A DNA stretch of 64,000 nt. Origin: the human T2T-CHM13v2.0 reference genome, Homo sapiens. Numbering within the stretch: position 1 is the first letter of the stretch; the number at the start of each line of letters is the position of its first letter. Where the stretch lies: the NCBI RefSeq assembly GCF_009914755.1, contig NC_060926.1. One strand, written 5' to 3'. Positions 26,236-38,600 of this stretch are shown here, piece by piece. The translations under genes and the position numbers were made by a program. The notes under the pieces are model-generated. The model was not told the DNA's origin. It saw only the letters and a program-made list of their open reading frames with translations, and searched no databases.

Positions 26236-29064
26236 CCTCGAAAATTCTGAAAGAGAATCCTTTCCAATCAGTGTTCCATAGCACCTAGATCATCCATTAT
26301 GCATGCCTATGGAATAGTCATTTTTAGATGTTCGCAGACCCAAAAAATTATCTGCCATATGCACTTTTCTAGATAGCTATTCAAGGAGGAAACTTACAAA
26401 AAAAAAAAGGAAGACACTAAAAAACATGAGATTCATTAAACTAGGAATTCAACACAAAAGAGCTGGGGGGTCTCCACAGGACGGTGAGGGGAGATGTTAG
26501 GCAGCCATGCTCCAGGCTGAGTGAGGTACCAGTCTCAATGGATAGAAGCCTCTGGGAAGGACGTCTTCAAGCAGATGAAACTTTCCTAAGATTGGATACA
26601 CTCCACTGTATTATAAAGAGATTTTATTTCTGGGGAAGAATTTGGGGAAGAATTAGTAATAATTAATAGAAAAAAAGAAAGATAAATTAGACAACTTTAA
26701 GAAAAAGAAATTTGTGTAAGAAAATTCATTCAAGTGTCCTGTGTCAATCGTGCCTAGCATTTACATGGCCATAATAAAATAAGCACTACATTTTGTACCC
26801 AACTAAAATGAAAATATGGGTAGGTTGGAAGGATGACAGGCCAGGAAGTATGCACGAATATGGCAGGGAGAGGGGTATGAAAGGGGGGTTAATTCCCTTC
26901 TTCAAGAGCCTAATTTTTATTTAAGTGCAATTTGGTGGAAGGTTATCAGCCTACACACTGGAGCATTATCAGAAAGAAGTCTATTGCATTTGCTTTGGAG
27001 ATGTTACTAAACATTCGTTTCTTTGTATGGTCATGTCACTCGTATGATCAATTATAAGGTAAATTTTTCTCTGGTCATTTTACCAAGTAAAGTTATATTT
27101 CCCTTGAGAAAAACGTGCTTTTTTTTTTTTTGTTATAGACACTATGAATCATACACAAATCAGTTTTCACTCTTTTGTTTTGAATTTTAATGAATATAGA
27201 GGTGGCTTTGCATTATGTTTTTATCATACATATAGAATGTTCTGGCATTCATCTTGCATACTAACTTCACTGCTGATTTATTATATTTTCTGACCTTCAT
27301 TTTCCTTTCTCCATGCTTTCTTCAATTACAAATTCTTATAATGGCTATATTTCTTCAAATAAAAGAAATTATTTTGTTTTGGAATGAGGCAAGGTTAGAA
27401 GCAAACATATAAATAAATGCGACTTTGAACAATTAATCAATTTTGGATGCACTTTTTGTAATTGCTTTGCCTGTTTGTACTGTGCAGTCACCATATCTTC
27501 CCACTGGAGCATAAATTTACAAACTTCATGCAAATGCATTATTTGTAATAAAACTGACTCATGAGCATTAAAAGCCAATTATTTCTATACATCTGCTGGC
27601 TATGGCTGGCAATAATTGTGCGTCATTCAGATTTGTGGCTGTGTGTTTGCCTTAGTAAGATTTTAATCACTCATTAATTTATGGTTTACAATATGCATCA
27701 TGGGCGCCTGTATTCCCCAAACTACCTCAGACTTACAAATCGAGAAGCTGCAGAACTTGGAATTGTGACAACAGAGGCCTCTTTTAAGTTGTGTCTTCAT
27801 GCCAATGTCTACTAGAGGATCATAGATGAAATAAGACAACCCCCCCACCCACCTCAAAACACACTGAGTACAATTGATCTTCCATTCCATTGATGAATTA
27901 CTTTTTCATTTTTTTTATAATACCATACTATGCATTTTTATGTTACTTTTTTATTTGCCAGTTAATGACTTCTTGGTGGCCTAACCTTTGTGGAGACAGG
28001 GTCCCTATGGAAGGAGCATACTTTCAAATTTTTGTAGAAGGGGACTTAAATCCTTTTTCCGATTCTTGTTGCAAAATCTTAGGCAAATCACTTAGTGTCT
28101 CTGAACCCATACCTATGAAAACTTTTTTAAACAGTAAAAGTGCAATATCAGTAGTAGTGAGGATTTTGATGAATGACAGGCCAGTCTCTGAAGGAATTGT
28201 CCTTAACTATGGCAGGAATGAGCTTGGGGAAAGGACTGGTGGTTGACTCCCACCTAAACCTCTGAAACAGAGCATTCTAACTAGAAAAAAGAGATGCTGG
28301 AAAATGCTGCTGGCCACCTCCACTCTCCAACCCTCTCTCCATCAAGGACAGACAGAGAATGAGAAGCAGAATGCTATGAATAGTGCATTTTTAAATGCCC
28401 CACACTGATAAGAACAAGAAAAAGTACAGATTGTTTCAAATATACAGAAGCTAGGATGGGAGGACAAAAAATTTCTGATGGTTAAAAAACCATATTGAAG
28501 GAATGAGAAAAAATATCCACCTTCCCACAAAGCAGTGCAAGATAAAGGTCTACCACACACTAGACATTTGGCTAGGGACCATGCTTATTGCATAGTTTAA
28601 GATGTGAGGGGACATTAAGGTGGCACCCAGATGAATGATAAAAAGATCAAAGTGAATACACACTCCCTATCTGTTGGCAAACAGCAGAGATATATACGTC
28701 TTATCTCATATAAGAAAAAACTAGAAAAGAACAACAGAAAACAACAACATGGGCTGTATGAAAACATTCTGACACATGACAAGGTGAGACATAGCAATAA
28801 AGATTCAGAGAAAAGCAAAATAATTCACTACAAATGGCAGAAAAAAAGTAGAATGCATCTGCTTTGTGTTCTCAGTATATAAAAAAATATTGTTGCTATG
28901 AAGTAAGACAGAATTTGTGTTGGTCAAGTGGAAAATAAGGTTTTAAAGGAGCTGGCAGAGTTACGGAGAAAATGTAATTAAACTACAATATGATATCAAA
29001 AAATAAAATATACATTGGAGACAGTAAACAGCTGAATTTAGACTTGTTCAATCACTGATGAATG

Positions 29065-29401
29065 CAAGGTCAGCAAACAGTGGTTCACAGGCCTAATCTG
29101 GTACATCCCTGTTTTTATATTGCCCATGAGCTAAGAATAACTTTTACATTTTTAAATGGTTGAAAAAAAAACCCAAAGAAGAATAAAATTTTGTGGCATA
29201 CGGAACTTATATGAAATTCAAATTTCAATGTCATGCATAAAGTTGGATTGGAACACAGTGCCACTCCCCCATCCATTTACATATTATCTATAGCTGATTT
29301 CTGGATCCAAAGGCGGAATATTTGGAATAGAGATCATATAGCTCACAGAGCTAGAAATATTAACTATTTGACCCTTTAGAAAGAAGATTTGCCAACTTCT
29401 A
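29065..29401 (+). mobile_element. MER58B (hAT-Charlie)
   Basis: CAAGGTCAGCAAAC..ATGAGCTAAGAATAACTTTTACATTTTTAAATGGTTG..TATGAAATTCAAATTTCA..TTTGCCAACTTCT. Confidence 0.85.
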
Positions 29402-29611
29402 ATGCAGAGGACTTATTAACTAGAGAAACATGTTCTCAAAAGTGACATTTCTTTTTTTCTTTTTTCCTTTAGTGCGGTTGTGTTATTAACTTGAAATGCA
29501 GTTTGGTTACTTTGTTTCTGTTCGCATTCCATGTGGAGTTTTTTTCTTCCGTTCTTATTAATTATATTTGCGTATGCAAAATATTAATATAGTTCTAAAA
29601 GTCAGATCTAG

Positions 29612-29832
29612 TAGGTTCTTGAAAACTGGACTTCAAGCTAAATGATGTATAATGAAACCAACTTTACCACAGGCTAATTGATATAAATAGGACTTAAGTT
29701 CCTGCAGCATATTTCTAATCACAAAAACATCATCAAACTTCTAAATAAAGAGCAAAACACTTCTAATATTAAACATTGAAATTAATATGAGCTATGCACA
29801 TATTTAAGAAAGATGAATAAAAACAAGTAATA
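29612..29832. mobile_element. MER6/MER6A-like TcMar-Tigger fragment
   Basis: GAAACCAACTTTACCACAGGCTAATTGATATAAA..CACAAAAACATCATCAAACTTCTAAATAAAG. Confidence 0.6.
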
Positions 29833-29919
29833 GTGCTCAATAAATACGTGTGTCTTCATTCTGCTATCTTATAGAAGCATAGTTAAGAAATATACAACAA
29901 CTAGAAGTCAGTCTTGGGG

Positions 29920-30446
29920 TGCATTAGTTGTATATAACAAATGTACACAGATTTGGTAACTTAAAACAACACAGATTTCTTATCTTACAGCTTCCGTGAG
30001 TCAGAAGTCCAGGTACAGCGTAACTAGGTTCTCTGCTCAGACAATCAAGGTGTCTACTAGGACTGTGAACTCATCTGAGGCTTGGCATTTTCTTCCAAGC
30101 TCACTGTTAGTTTGCAGAATTCAACTCCTTGTAGTTGTGAGACAGAACTCCTGAGGTTCTAGAAGACACCTGTCATTCTCTGTCATGTGGCTCTTTCCAC
30201 AACAAGGCACCTGTTTTAAATGGCTCGCCTGATTATATCAGACTCACTCAGGATAATCTCTCTTAGACTACCTCAAAGTCAATTAATTAGGGCCCTTAAT
30301 TACATTTTCAAAATCTTTTCACCTTTGATGTATAACTGATCTAGTTACAGAAGAGATACCCTTCCTATTGCTCCTACACTCAAGGGGTAAGTATTGTACA
30401 AGGATGTGGGCCATTGGGGGTCACTTTAGAAGTCTGCCTGCTGCAT
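29920..30446 (-). mobile_element. MLT1E-type solo LTR
   Basis: CTTAAAACAACACAGATTTCTTATCTTACAG..GTCAGAAGTCCAGG..CTTCCAAGCTCACT..CTTAATTACATT..TTAGAAGTCTGCCTGCTGCA. Confidence 0.75.
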
Positions 30447-30631
30447 GGGCTCTTCCCTCATTGTGTGCCTCCTCGGGCTTGCATGCTATCTAGAGGACCC
30501 AATCATCCCACAGAAGAATGATGTCAGCAGGAAAGGCCGGGAGTAGAGTGTGTGTGCACTGTGTAGCCTGTGAGCAGACCTGGTTGGCTTTGTGACCTCA
30601 AGTAAGTCATTTCAAGTATATTTGCTTTTCC

Positions 30632-31139
30632 TATTGGGAGTCAATTCTCCATTGGGTTTTCCCATTTCTGAAGGTATTGCAAGCAGAAGCACTAAAAGAT
30701 AACTATATTTTCAAGGATGTTTGTATAGCAAGAAGCCTTGGAAGATATAGATAGCATCATCCTCCAGAGTAGAGGGTAAGTTTGTTAAGTGCCAGGTAAA
30801 AGAAAGATAATGTCTTCCTTCTGGGAAAAAATTCCCACAAGTTTGCTTGCAATCTAGTATAAAAGATTTGAGTTCATGAGATTGGAGTTCCTCATTTGTG
30901 ATGCACACCTGTGCATGCAGCATTCACCTGAGTCCACTTTTGTGTTGCCTCCATTAGAAGTTGGAACAAGGCGAACCAATGCAACCATGAAGTTTATGCT
31001 GCTGTCTGTGTTGTAAACAATGGTCCTTTGTCTCTGGTCCAGGAGTCTCATTTCTTCTGCCGGCACTCATGAACCTGCAATAGCTAACTTGCCTGGTTGC
31101 AAAGAAAAGAAAATCTCAGATATTCCATGGTTCTTAACA
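30632..31139 (+). mobile_element. LTR47-like ERVL solo LTR
   Basis: GGGAGTCAATTCTCCAT..TTTTCAAGGATGTTTGTATAGC..GCCTTGGAAGATATAGATAG; ends TTCTTAACA. Confidence 0.65.
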
Positions 31140-31301
31140 TTTCCCCATAGTACCTTTATATGAGGGGTGCTTCCAACTTCACTTGCTTAACACCATGACC
31201 TATGGTCCTTCTAACTCACCCTCTGGTATCACTTCCTCCTTGGAAAGTTTCTTAACTCATCCCCTTTCTTCTAGAAAAAGTCATTCACACTCTCTTCCAC
31301 A

Positions 31302-31866
31302 CAGTACTTCCTCCTTCCTCCTTAACCACAGTTTCACTTTCCAGTTTCACTTTTCAGTTACCTATGGTTAACTGCAGTCTGGAAACATTAAATGGAAAAT
31401 CTCAGAAAGAAATCATGTTGTAAATTGTGTGCCATTGTGAGTAGCATGATGAAACCTTGTGCTGCCTTGCTCTCTCCTGCCCAGCACTTGATTCATCCCT
31501 CTGTCCAATGTATCCACACTGCGTATGCTCCCGGCCTGTGAGTCACTCAGTAGCCATCCCAGCTCTCAGAATCACTGTCCTGGTATTGCAGTACTTGTGT
31601 CCAGGAAACCTTGTTTCGCTTAATAATGGCCTCAGAGTGCAACAATAGTGAAACTGGCATATTGTGATCAAGGTTCTATTTTATTATTGTTGTTAATCTC
31701 TTACTGTGCCTAATTTATGAGCTAAACTTTATCATAGGTATGTATGTACAGAAAAAAGTGTAGTATGTATAGGGTTCAGTACCATTTGCAGTTTCAGGCA
31801 TCCAGTGGGGGTCTTAGAACATATTCCATAGAACATATTCCCCACGGAAATGGAGGGACTACTGTA
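31302..31866. mobile_element. MER44B (Tigger7-derived MITE)
   Basis: CAGTA..TACTG termini; TTGTTGTTAATCTCTTACTGTGCCTAATTTAT; TATAGGGTTCAGTACCA..TTTCAGGCATCCA. Confidence 0.8.
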
Positions 31867-32573
31867 TTACCCTTCCACTTATGCCATAAAGGTCAGATTA
31901 AAAGGAAAACTGTCTTCCCCAAAACTACACATCATTTTGAGAATAAGGAATTGCAACATATCTAGTTCTATATAAAATCTACTATAGAGGACTTTCCCAA
32001 ATATTTTACTTTTCAAATCAGATTAGTATTTGGAGAAGAGACATTAACATGAAGCAACCTCAGTAAACATTGGTATTGGATCTCCATAGAAGTCTCTTAA
32101 CGGGATTATTAACAAAGGGGGCAAAGAAATGTAATTTAGGTGTAATTATTTCTCTGGGGATTGGGAGTTGGTGATGACCTCCCAAGTTCATTTCTTGCAC
32201 GTTGTCACAAACAAGGATATCAAAACCACTTTAGGAACGCAATTGGGTAAGAGATGTATGTTGCAAAGATCATGAATAGTAAATAGAAACTTGTGACTTG
32301 GGAAAAAACTTCCAGTGACAACCTTTTATAAAGATTCAAGAAGATCTGCCTCTCAAACCTAAATAAAGATTAGGCGCACTAGGTGACTCAAAGAGCGCTT
32401 TGATTGACAAGGAAGACATGATACTGAGGAGACAGGATGAGTTCAAATAAACTTGCATCAGGAAATGAGCAGAGAAAAATTAACATACTTTACACATGAT
32501 TGAATGTTAAATGTGTAGCTATTTTGAAAGGTAGATATTTTATTATTTGGCTACCTTAGTTATTTGTAGAGAC

Positions 32574-32575
<2 letters not shown>

Positions 32576-32605
<30 letters not shown>
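32576..32605. repeat. (TG)15 microsatellite
   Basis: Perfect TG run. Confidence 0.97.
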
Positions 32606-32606
<1 letters not shown>

Positions 32607-34812
32607 TCCTATTTTGCACTTCCTGACAAGGAACCTGTGGCTGTCGTTATATTCACAGCTCTGCTGTATTCGGTGGTAGTTAGTAAACGTTCCCTGCATC
32701 TTGCACGTGATAGACAGTCTCCACTTCTGAATGAGATGAAGTTAGAGATCATTGTATCCTCAACATTTTGCATCCTATTTGACACACGGTGGTCAGAAAA
32801 ATTCATGTTGAAAATTAAATTTTTCACCTGAGACATCAATTTTCATCTCTATAAAATAAGGTGATTTGAGCAACCAATCTCCACTGTCCTTCTGGGCTCA
32901 GAGGTTCCAAGAGTCCTTCATCTAGAAGCTGCTGGAAATCAGTGCTGTAACTGGCTGCAAATTCCTGTGAGAAGACTTCGTGGAAGTCTCCCCTCAGAGG
33001 CCTAATCAAGAAAGCCTTCTAGGGCTGAAAGCCACCTTTGTGACACTGCCCCACCTCCCCCCCTTGCAAAGGGGCCAGGGTTTCTGTGGGAAGAAGGGAA
33101 GCTCATGCTTTATGGCATGTTTTGCTAATGTGACAATCAAAGGCCTTCCAGGTGTTAATGGTGGCAACGGTGCAGAAAGCCCAGAGTGACATAATTCGGT
33201 TCTGGCTTGTGTTGGTCTGATTGCCTTTTTTGGCATCAGCTAACTCTCAGTTTCCTTTCACCTTTTGGTTGAAATGAACCGAGTGAGCTGAGGCGAAGTT
33301 TCCTAGGATTAGGATGTAAACCTGATCTTCCTGTACCCCAGATCCCAGGGCTGGAAATCAGCTGGCTGAGGAGAGGGAGGTGGAGAGGTGGGCAACTACT
33401 CACCCCATGGAAGCCACAGCTCTCACCATGTTTAAGAGAGACTGGAGAAGAAAACAAGGTCCACAGAGTCTCCTAATTACAAACAAGGGCCTGTCTCTTC
33501 TCATCCACATTAATTAATGCTGTTGCCTGGCTTTGCTTGTACAGAAGCTGAGTGGCTTATTCCGCCTTGCTCATGAAATTCTCAAGTCAAAGCATTCTGC
33601 TCGGCTGGCCATGGTGCCTGGCGGCATGGGGACAGACCTTCCCAATTATCACCTCCAGAATAAACCTATTCAGTTCTCTGCAAAAACAAATGACATCAGC
33701 AACAATAACCACGCGATCACACTGGCATTTACTTCTACCTGAAATGCATTCCCTGTAATTCAAAACAACCTAGTACAGTGGGCAGGAAAGGTGTTGCTAT
33801 TTGCACTGGCGAAATGAGAACATGAAGGCCCGGGGGAGCAAAGCAACCTCCTGGGGATAATAAAGTGCATCAGGCAGACTGGATCCTGGTCCTTGGTCTT
33901 AAACTCTCAGAAGGAGTAGACTTTCTTATGAAAACCACTTCACTTGAAGTCACCCCAGAACTGAATTTTCCTCACTTTTTCTCAGCCCGTGGTATGGGAA
34001 GAGTAAGGTGTTGGGAATGGGTTAGCTATATTTAAACACTAATTCCATGGTTTACTAACTGTGTTATTTAGCATCTCATAAGGACAGTTAATTTATCTAT
34101 AAAATGATCATAATAATGCTTTTCTCATGGGATTTCTGGATTATATAAATGCAAAAATATAAGTACTTTTAGATACTTAACAAATATATGAGTTCCTTTT
34201 TCCTTTCTTTAAGGGACACAGTCCTTCACCATCAGCAATTTTATTTACAGATCTCTCAAATGGCAGGGCTACAGAGAAACATATGAAAAATAATATATTA
34301 AGCTATGGGATTAAACATATCATGGAGGGTGCCATGGTAGGGAGGACTTCATATTTTTGAGTTTTCAGTCCCATCACCAAAAAGGATAGATAGGCCCCTC
34401 TCTTACCACATGCCAGCTTCTCTTTGGCTGTCAATCTGCAGTTCCATATTGCAGCCTCACTTGTCAGAGATTAGGGCCTCAGACACCAATAAATTCACTG
34501 GTTGTTGCTATAAAGGCCTCTGAACAAAATGGGACATGACAAAGGAAACTAATGACAACTTTCCATTCTACATACCATTGCAGGCTGGAGCTCAGACTCC
34601 CAGAAACATTCCCTGCACTGAAGGAACCTCCAGTTCTCAGGACCCACTCTTCATTCTCCTGCTCTTTGGGCAGAATGCATAAATTGGTTAATGCTACCTG
34701 GACTTTAGCAGTTAAAAAAATTACAGTGTGGAAGGTACTGGTTTAGTTTTAAGCAAACATCTGCTGAGGGCAAGGGACGCACTCACTTAAAAGATGAAAC
34801 TAGTTTGGGTAA

Positions 34813-35186
34813 TGTACTAGTTCCTTCTCATGCTGCTAATAAAGACATACTCAATACTAGTCATTTATAAAGGAAAGATGCTTAATTGATTCACAGTTCA
34901 GTATTGCTGGGGAGGCCACAGGAAACTTACAATCATGATGCAAAGGGGAAGCAACATGTCCTTTCTCACTGATGGCAGGCAGGAGAAATGCCCAGCCAAA
35001 GGGAGAAAAGCCCTTTATAAAACCATCAGATATTTTGAGAACTCACTCGCTATCATGGAAACAGCATGGGGGTAACCATCCCCATGATTAAATTACCTCC
35101 CACCTGGTCCCTCCCAGGACACGTGGGGATTATGGGAACTGCAATTCAAGATGAGATTTGGGTAGGCACACAGCCAGACCATATCA
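34813..35186 (-). mobile_element. THE1 (C-like) MaLR solo LTR
   Basis: GCTGCTAATAAAGACATAC..CTTTATAAAACCATCAGAT..CAATTCAAGATGAGATTTGG..CCATATCA. TSD GGTAA at 34808-34812 and 35187-35191. Confidence 0.92.
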
Positions 35187-35462
35187 GGTAAGATATTCAG
35201 TATCTAAAGCTAAATAATGAAGAGAAATCAAACAACTTCTTCATAGCTAACTTCTAAAATTCTGTCAAATATTTTCTGGTCAGGTTAACTTCAAGCATAT
35301 TTACACAGTTTCCTCTGTAATCTAAGTTTTGTTTAAGCTCAGGCAGAGTCAAATTTAACAAGTTTCTGATTCCGGCACATTTAGTCCATTAACATGCCAT
35401 TTTGTGAAAGTAATATTGAAACAATTCTCTAGTATTTTGAGACTTTCTGAGCAGGAAGATAG

Positions 35463-35602
35463 ACAGGACCAACTATGTACTTTGTGAGATCCAGTGCACA
35501 TGTGGGAATCCTGGTTCAAAAACTACTTAGAATTTCAAAGTGGTGATAAGAGATTACTAAACTAAGCATGCAGCCTTTCTGAGGGCAGGATCTTATGCAA
35601 CG
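35463..35602. mobile_element. MER45A-like hAT fragment
   Basis: CAGGACCAACTATGTACTTTGTGAGATCCAGTGCA..GTTCAAAAACTACTTAGAATTTCAA..AAGCATG. Confidence 0.6.
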
Positions 35603-38600
35603 TTTCAAAGAGCAATTACTAAAGGTCTTTAGATCTGGGTACTTTCCACAGATTCTTTAAAATACGCATTTAGATCTTACAAACAAGAGATGTATAAAAG
35701 TAATGAATCAACAGCCTGGAGAAGGCTTGCAAGTGTTCTTTCATTCACTCATCACTCGATTTAATGAGGGCCTATCATGTGTACTACTTGAGACTCAGAA
35801 TGCAAAGATTTGTAGAGACCAACAATTGCTTCACATTTCGATACACCAGCACAGCAGAGAGTCTTCCATAAGGAAGGTTTTCAGTAAAAGGCTAAGGAAA
35901 CATATAGTCTGGCTGAGAAGATTCCATGGGTGGAGACTGAATAGACAGCATAGAGTCCAGGGCAATAACTGCCCCCGTAGAAGCATATATGGGAGAAAGC
36001 TATCCTTGCCACTTGATTACATTGTAAGGACCACAAAAATCTGAACAGTTCTTGCCACCTTGATTTTTCTTCAGCTGTTATTTACAAGCATAGGACTTCC
36101 AAGGCTATGAGTTGGACATCTATAGGTGAGACAAAGGTAGCCCAATCAATGATGCTCCAGGAGTATAGTAGAAGCAGGAGACAGCATACTTAGACCCACT
36201 GACTTTCACTTTGCCCAACTCATTACAGATAGAACCTGTGCCATCTTGAAAAGACAAAGGCCACCACAAGCAATTTCTCCACCACATACAGCTCAATCCT
36301 TTATTCTAACAAATGGGGTCTGTTATGTTGTATCCTAAGGTTGTGGATATGCAGATGATCATTTATTTTCAATTAATAGTACAGTGTATGGAAAAGGTTG
36401 GAACAAGCCTGGGTTCCAAATGAGCCCTTGATCTGCGTTGATGACAAAGCCCATGCAAGTCAGTTAAGTTTCTGAGCATCTCTGATGTGCAAGGAGGGGC
36501 CTGATTTCTCTAGCATGGTCCTTTAATTTCTAGAGGTAAGTACTTTTCTCTTAATTTTACTTATAAAGAAGCTGAAGCTAAGAGAAATCAAAGGCCCTTC
36601 CCACGTGGGCACTCAGCCTGAGAGGTGCAGGCTCCAGCCAAGCTTTCTCTCCACTGTGCATGGCTGTGGCCTCTGCATCTTTGTCTATAAAATGAAAAAC
36701 AGGCCCCTCTGCTAGGTATGTCAAGGGTTGTTGAAACTAAGATGTGGGGGTGAATACATAACCACCTCGAAAGCTATGAAGCACTGCAATGGAAATGACC
36801 ATTATTACTTTTCAGCAAATAGAAACACATTTTATCCAAAAAAGCATTATGAGAAGAAAGCTACATATGCATTATTTTTTATTCCTCACCAAGCCTTAGG
36901 GCAATTATGTTCATTTTTATTATCTGATTATATTATGATCTGATTATAAAAATTGTATAGGCTTACTGTGGAAAATACAGATCACACAGACTAAAAATAA
37001 GGGAAATTATACCTATAATATCAGGTGTTAATGGTAAATATTTCTATCCTACGTTTTCTGTGTGTGGATCTCTAAAACATATTGTTGAGAGGAAATTACA
37101 TAATCCATACATGCACATACTATTTGAATCATACCTTTAAAACTCAACATTCATTTATTAATTCAAAGTAGCTGAGCTTCTGCTGTTTCAGGCATGTGTA
37201 ACATGTCCTGGGAGAATAAGGGAGAGTGGTGTAGAGAATAAAAAAAGCTAGTGACGCAGGTAGATGCAGAGAGAGCAATTGCAAAAATTATCCTAATCAA
37301 ACCTGGTGAGGGTATTGCTGCAGAAGAATATAGGAAATAAACCTAGAGGATAAATAGGAGTTATTAGGATAAAGCAGAGATAAGGTAAGGGAACAGCCTA
37401 TATGGTAAGGGGCAGGAAAGAGCATGGTCCACAGGGTGTACAAGGAACCAAAAATAACACCTCTATGGCCGGGGCTAGAAGGACAAATGACATGGGGGGT
37501 AGTATGTGGATTTTCCCACATCATTTAAATTTTCTATGAAATGGCATTTTAAATGCCCGAGGCAAGTTTTCACTCCAATACCTCAAAACATGAGAGTACA
37601 GACAGCCATCGGTCTTCCCTCTATGCTTATAGACTGGAAGGTTTCCTCTCCCTGAAGACAGCAGATTTGGCAAAACTCTCTGAGGGACATTATTATCATT
37701 GTCACCATCCGTCTGTTCCATAGAAATCAGAAAATGTTGCCTAAGAGTGTTGTGTTGGAATATATTTATCTTACAGGTTCTGATTTATCTGCCTATGTCT
37801 CTAGCTCTTCCGGATCTTCTCTAGCCCCTTCAAGTCTCAACTTGAGGCTCTCTGGTATTTCCTCAAACCATGGAGCTTTGTCCCCAGCCAGCTTCCAGGT
37901 CCAGGCCTGGCCTACAAAGAAGGCCATGACTCACCACCTCCTCGTTCCTAGAAGATTCCCTCCTCGGATCTGGAAGAAAGGCAAGATGGTGTTGAGGACA
38001 TTGGTGCAGAGGCATGAGGGAGTGAGGGCCACCTCTGCTACTTAGTGAGTGGTTTGGGGCATCACTTAACCTCTTGGAGCCTCAGGGTTTTCACTGGTAA
38101 AAGACTGGGAATGGAGATTGTGAGGATTAATACGAAGTGGATGAGGAGGTGAGCAGTGCCTTGTGCTGAGGAGGTGTCAATGAAAGGGAGTCGTTATGAG
38201 AACGCCCAGACTTGCAGTCTGCAGCGAAAGGCCTCAGGGAGGAAATGGCAGGGCCCACTCTGTGGATGGGCATTTCCTGACTGGACTGAGCCTAACAATC
38301 ACGGGATTGATAGGCTCATTTATGGCTGTCCTTCAGGGGTGACTGGGTTTGTGTAGCACCGTAATTGGTGTTTTCATTCTGTGCATGAACCCTAAGGTGA
38401 GTTCTCATTTTATAGGAAAGCCGCCAATAAATGATTAATTAAAGCCCTATAAAATATGACTTTTTAAAGCCATTTACTACTCAACTAGGACACCTCAGAA
38501 GTTCATGCTATGTTTTTATATCATGACACACTTGGAATCAATTAATTTATATATGTATCCGTTCTCTAAGCAGCCTACTTTCTCATCTCTAATGTGTTTG

